This document shows positions 29,576 to 32,000 of a stretch of 32,000 bases of DNA, in pieces. The stretch lies in NCBI RefSeq assembly GCF_004102945.1, contig NZ_CP019384.1, positions 210,001 to 242,000 of the forward strand, given 5' to 3'. A program made the position numbers and the translations under genes. This DNA is from Candidatus Velamenicoccus archaeovorus. Lineage in GTDB: Bacteria; Omnitrophota; Gorgyraeia; Velamenicoccales; Velamenicoccaceae. The notes below the pieces were generated by a model. It was not told the origin of the DNA and made no database searches. It was given only the letters and a program-made list of their open reading frames with translations. Positions within the stretch are counted from its first letter, which is position 1; every line of letters begins with the position of its first letter.

Positions 29576-30967
29576 ATGAAAAAATCGCCGAAACGTCATG
29601 ACAAAGAAGGAGTTGCCGGGGCCCTGGCGCCTATCGAGAAGCTGCCCCCGCAGAATATCGAAGCGGAAATGGCGGTGCTGGGCTGTATGTTGATCGAGGA
29701 AGACGCCATTGGCCTGGCGGTCGAGAATCTCTCGGCGGAAGACTTCTATAAAGACGCTCACAAGAAGATATTTTCTTCTATTGTCCAGCTTTATGATCAG
29801 CGCAAGGCCGTCGATCTGATCACGTTGATCGAGAGGCTCAGGAATGAAGGCGTCCTCGAGGAAGTCGGCGGCGCCAGTTATCTGACGGCCCTGACCAATA
29901 CCGTCCCTACCGCGGCGAACGTCTCCCATTATTCCCGCATCGTCAAAGAGAAAAATGTCCTGCGTCTTTTGATCCACCACGCGACCCAGATCGTGACCGA
30001 GGCCTATGACACCGAAGATGCGGTCGGCGATGTCCTGGACCGCGCCGAGAAGATGATCTTCGAGATCGCCGACAGGCGTGTGGGCCAGGCGGGTTTTATC
30101 CTCATCAAAGAGATCATTAAAGACTCTATTGAGACAATCGATCGGCTCTATCAGAATAAAGCTCATGTGACGGGAGTTGCGACAGGCTACACGGATTTCG
30201 ATATCAAGACTGCCGGCCTTCAGCCTTCGGACCTGATTATTGTCGCCGGTCGTCCTTCCATGGGGAAAAGCGCTTTTGTCATCAATATTCTCGAGCATGC
30301 CAGTATCATCGAGAAGATCCCGACGGCCTTTTTCAGCCTGGAAATGTCCAAAGAACAGCTGGTGCAAAGGCTCTTGTGCTCGCATGCCCGCGTGGACGCC
30401 CACAAGGTCAGGACGGGTTATCTCTCGGCGTCCGACTGGCCGAGCCTGACGACGGCGGCAGGCAAACTGTCCGAAGCGCCTATTTTTATCGATGATACGC
30501 CCGGCATCTCCGTTCTGGAATTAAGGGCCAAAGCCAGGCGGTTGAAGGCCCATCACAATATCGGCCTGATCGCCCTGGATTATCTCCAGCTCATGCGCGG
30601 CACGGCGGGGGTGGAGAGCCGGCAGCAGGAGATTTCCGAGATATCCCGTTCTCTTAAGGCGCTGGCCAGGGAATTGAACGTTCCTGTGATCGCCATCAGC
30701 CAGTTGTCCCGCGCCGTGGAAAGCCGTACGGACCACCGGCCCCAGCTGTCGGACCTGAGGGAGTCTGGCGCCATCGAACAGGACGCCGATGTGGTGGTGC
30801 TTTTGATTAGGGAGGAATATTATAATCCTTCGGAGCAGAATCGCGGCATCGCCGAGGCCATTATCGCCAAGCAACGCAACGGGCCTGTCGGGACCGTGAA
30901 GCTTGCCTTTATCAAGGAGTATACGCGTTTTGAGAATCTGACCGGCGCCGAGGCGCAAAACGGCTGA
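29576..30967 (+). CDS. dnaB: Replicative DNA helicase DnaB
   Basis: 463 aa with PPQNIEAEMAVLGCML, Walker A GRPSMGKSAF, LIALDYLQLM and RESGAIEQDADVV. Confidence 0.95.
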   Translation: MKKSPKRHDKEGVAGALAPIEKLPPQNIEAEMAVLGCMLIEEDAIGLAVENLSAEDFYKDAHKKIFSSIVQLYDQRKAVDLITLIERLRNEGVLEEVGGASYLTALTNTVPTAANVSHYSRIVKEKNVLRLLIHHATQIVTEAYDTEDAVGDVLDRAEKMIFEIADRRVGQAGFILIKEIIKDSIETIDRLYQNKAHVTGVATGYTDFDIKTAGLQPSDLIIVAGRPSMGKSAFVINILEHASIIEKIPTAFFSLEMSKEQLVQRLLCSHARVDAHKVRTGYLSASDWPSLTTAAGKLSEAPIFIDDTPGISVLELRAKARRLKAHHNIGLIALDYLQLMRGTAGVESRQQEISEISRSLKALARELNVPVIAISQLSRAVESRTDHRPQLSDLRESGAIEQDADVVVLLIREEYYNPSEQNRGIAEAIIAKQRNGPVGTVKLAFIKEYTRFENLTGAEAQNG

Positions 30968-31001
30968 TACCGGGATAACGCGTGGAATGATAACTCAGTG
31001 A

Positions 31002-31030
31002 TTGACTTTCGGTTAAGGCTTTCGTATAAT
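31002..31030 (+). promoter_or_regulatory. Strong sigma70-type promoter upstream of bamA
   Basis: TTGACT (31002-31007), 17-nt spacer, perfect TATAAT (31025-31030). It predicts a leader of about 110 nt. Confidence 0.6.
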
Positions 31031-31148
31031 TTGATACATTCGCGGGAAATCACTCGCATCCATATCTGGGGGGCGGGATGCGTGAAAAGTCCGCTCAGCA
31101 TCGACCCTGAGCATCGAATGGGTTGAGAAAACCAATCATAGGGCTATA

Positions 31149-32000
31149 GTGAGACGCCTTCAAACCTACCTTATAAGTATCGTTTTTCTTTGTTGCGCTG
31201 TTTCTGTCTTCGCCCAGAAAGAGGAGGCTCAAGAGGCAGAAGCAACCCCGTCCAAGATCGTCAAATCCGTTGAAGTGACCGGCAACAAGGCCATCAGTAC
31301 CGCCACGATCATGGCCAAGCTCAAAACGCGGGTGGGACAGGTTTATTTTCCGCAAGCGGCCCGCGACGACATCAAGCGGCTCTATGAGACCGGATTTTTC
31401 TCGGATATCAGCCTGGATCTGGAAGATGTCGAGGGCGGCCTGAAGGTGACCTTCAAGGTGGAGGAGAGGCCGATCATCGAAGATATCGCCATCGAAGGCA
31501 ACAAGACGTTCCGCACGAGCACACTCCTGCGCAAGCTCAAATCCAAACAGGGGCAGTACATGAATCTGGCCGTTCTCAAGGACGACCTGACATTGATCAA
31601 GAAAGAATATGAAAAGAAGGGCCAGCCCGATGTGACGGTGGACCAGAGTGTGACCACCGACCCCAAGACGAACAAGGCCAAGATCACCATCAAAATCAAT
31701 GAAGGCCGGCGCATCAAGATCAGGAAGATCTATGTGGACGGGAATCTCCATTTTCCGGACGGCAAGATCCTGGGATTGATCAAGACCAAGCGCGCCGGCT
31801 GGTTCAATCCCGGTTATTTCAAGGAAGACCAGTTCAACGACGACCTGGAACGGATCAAGGATTTTTATCAGAAGAACGGCTATCTGGATGCCGCCGTTGA
31901 TTACCGCCTTGATTACGACGCCAAGGGGGATATTTATTTGCGTATCCACGTCGAAGAAGGGAAATCCTACAGCGTCGGCAGCATCACGTTCAGGGGCAAT
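31149..32000 (+). CDS. bamA: Outer membrane protein assembly factor BamA (5' partial, POTRA domains; runs off the window)
   Basis: Not in the ORF track because no stop lies within the window. The frame is open from GTG 31149. My translation begins VRRLQTYLISIVFLCCAVSVFAQ (signal peptide), then KIVKSVEVTGNKAIS...IKRLYETGFFSDI...VEERPII.DI.IEGNK (POTRA repeats). The 284-aa antisense ORF 31095-31949 is a shadow. Confidence 0.8.
   Translation, partial: MRRLQTYLISIVFLCCAVSVFAQKEEAQEAEATPSKIVKSVEVTGNKAISTATIMAKLKTRVGQVYFPQAARDDIKRLYETGFFSDISLDLEDVEGGLKVTFKVEERPIIEDIAIEGNKTFRTSTLLRKLKSKQGQYMNLAVLKDDLTLIKKEYEKKGQPDVTVDQSVTTDPKTNKAKITIKINEGRRIKIRKIYVDGNLHFPDGKILGLIKTKRAGWFNPGYFKEDQFNDDLERIKDFYQKNGYLDAAVDYRLDYDAKGDIYLRIHVEEGKSYSVGSITFRGN

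Noticed and set aside
29525-30403. 292-aa ORF on the - strand
   Set aside because: It is antisense to dnaB (Walker A and the DnaB motifs are on the + strand). Shadow ORF.
31095-31949. 284-aa ORF on the - strand
   Set aside because: The + strand frame opening at GTG 31149 encodes a signal peptide and clear BamA POTRA repeats. The - strand ORF is its shadow.

Overview
This 32 kb window is moderately GC-rich and comes from an anaerobic diderm bacterium that I cannot name from sequence alone. Gene content includes BamA, a PpiD-like chaperone, four-subunit pyruvate:ferredoxin oxidoreductase, rubredoxin plus a flavodiiron protein, split transketolase and SpoVG. I support 39 protein-coding genes: 38 on the + strand and only the ppiD-like gene on the - strand. 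Several ORF-track starts were moved to SD-supported internal starts. I also support one tRNA-Gln(UUG), a 33-codon basic ORF missing from the ORF track, five sigma70-like promoters and a few terminators. The layout has three parts. (1) A cyclophilin-like gene, rmuC, a yggU-like gene and pgeF. (2) A redox/oxidative-stress island: Trx/ferritin-like fusion, Grx-like plus TrxR-like pair, CutA, CcdA, TlpA/ResA-like protein, Fur/PerR-like regulator, porGDAB, rubredoxin, a Yip1-like membrane protein, FprA/ROO, a Dps/ferritin-like protein and ferredoxin. (3) Housekeeping genes: radical SAM amrS-like, ppiD-like, hisG, a bS22-like small ORF, a TPR lipoprotein, split tkt, ispE, spoVG, tRNA-Gln, glmU, prs, rplY, pth, rpsF-ssb-rpsR-rplI, dnaB and bamA. 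No transposase, integrase, CRISPR array or recognisable defence gene is present. The stand-out signal is non-coding. At least ten units of a mosaic, hairpin-rich intergenic element sit at seven loci, always in the same orientation as the flanking genes, inside operons or 5' leaders. Gene-proximal units end in a Shine-Dalgarno sequence just upstream of a start codon (porG, porD, porB, rplY, rpsR), and related units precede rubredoxin and prs. Stems differ in sequence between copies but stay complementary, while some modules are about 99% identical between loci 18 kb apart. I do not recognise it as any described repeat or RNA family. Secondary points are a duplicated tRNA-Gln 3' end, a zinc-ribbon insertion in SpoVG, a Trx/ferritin-like fusion, and promoters placed so close to start codons that leaderless mRNAs are implied.
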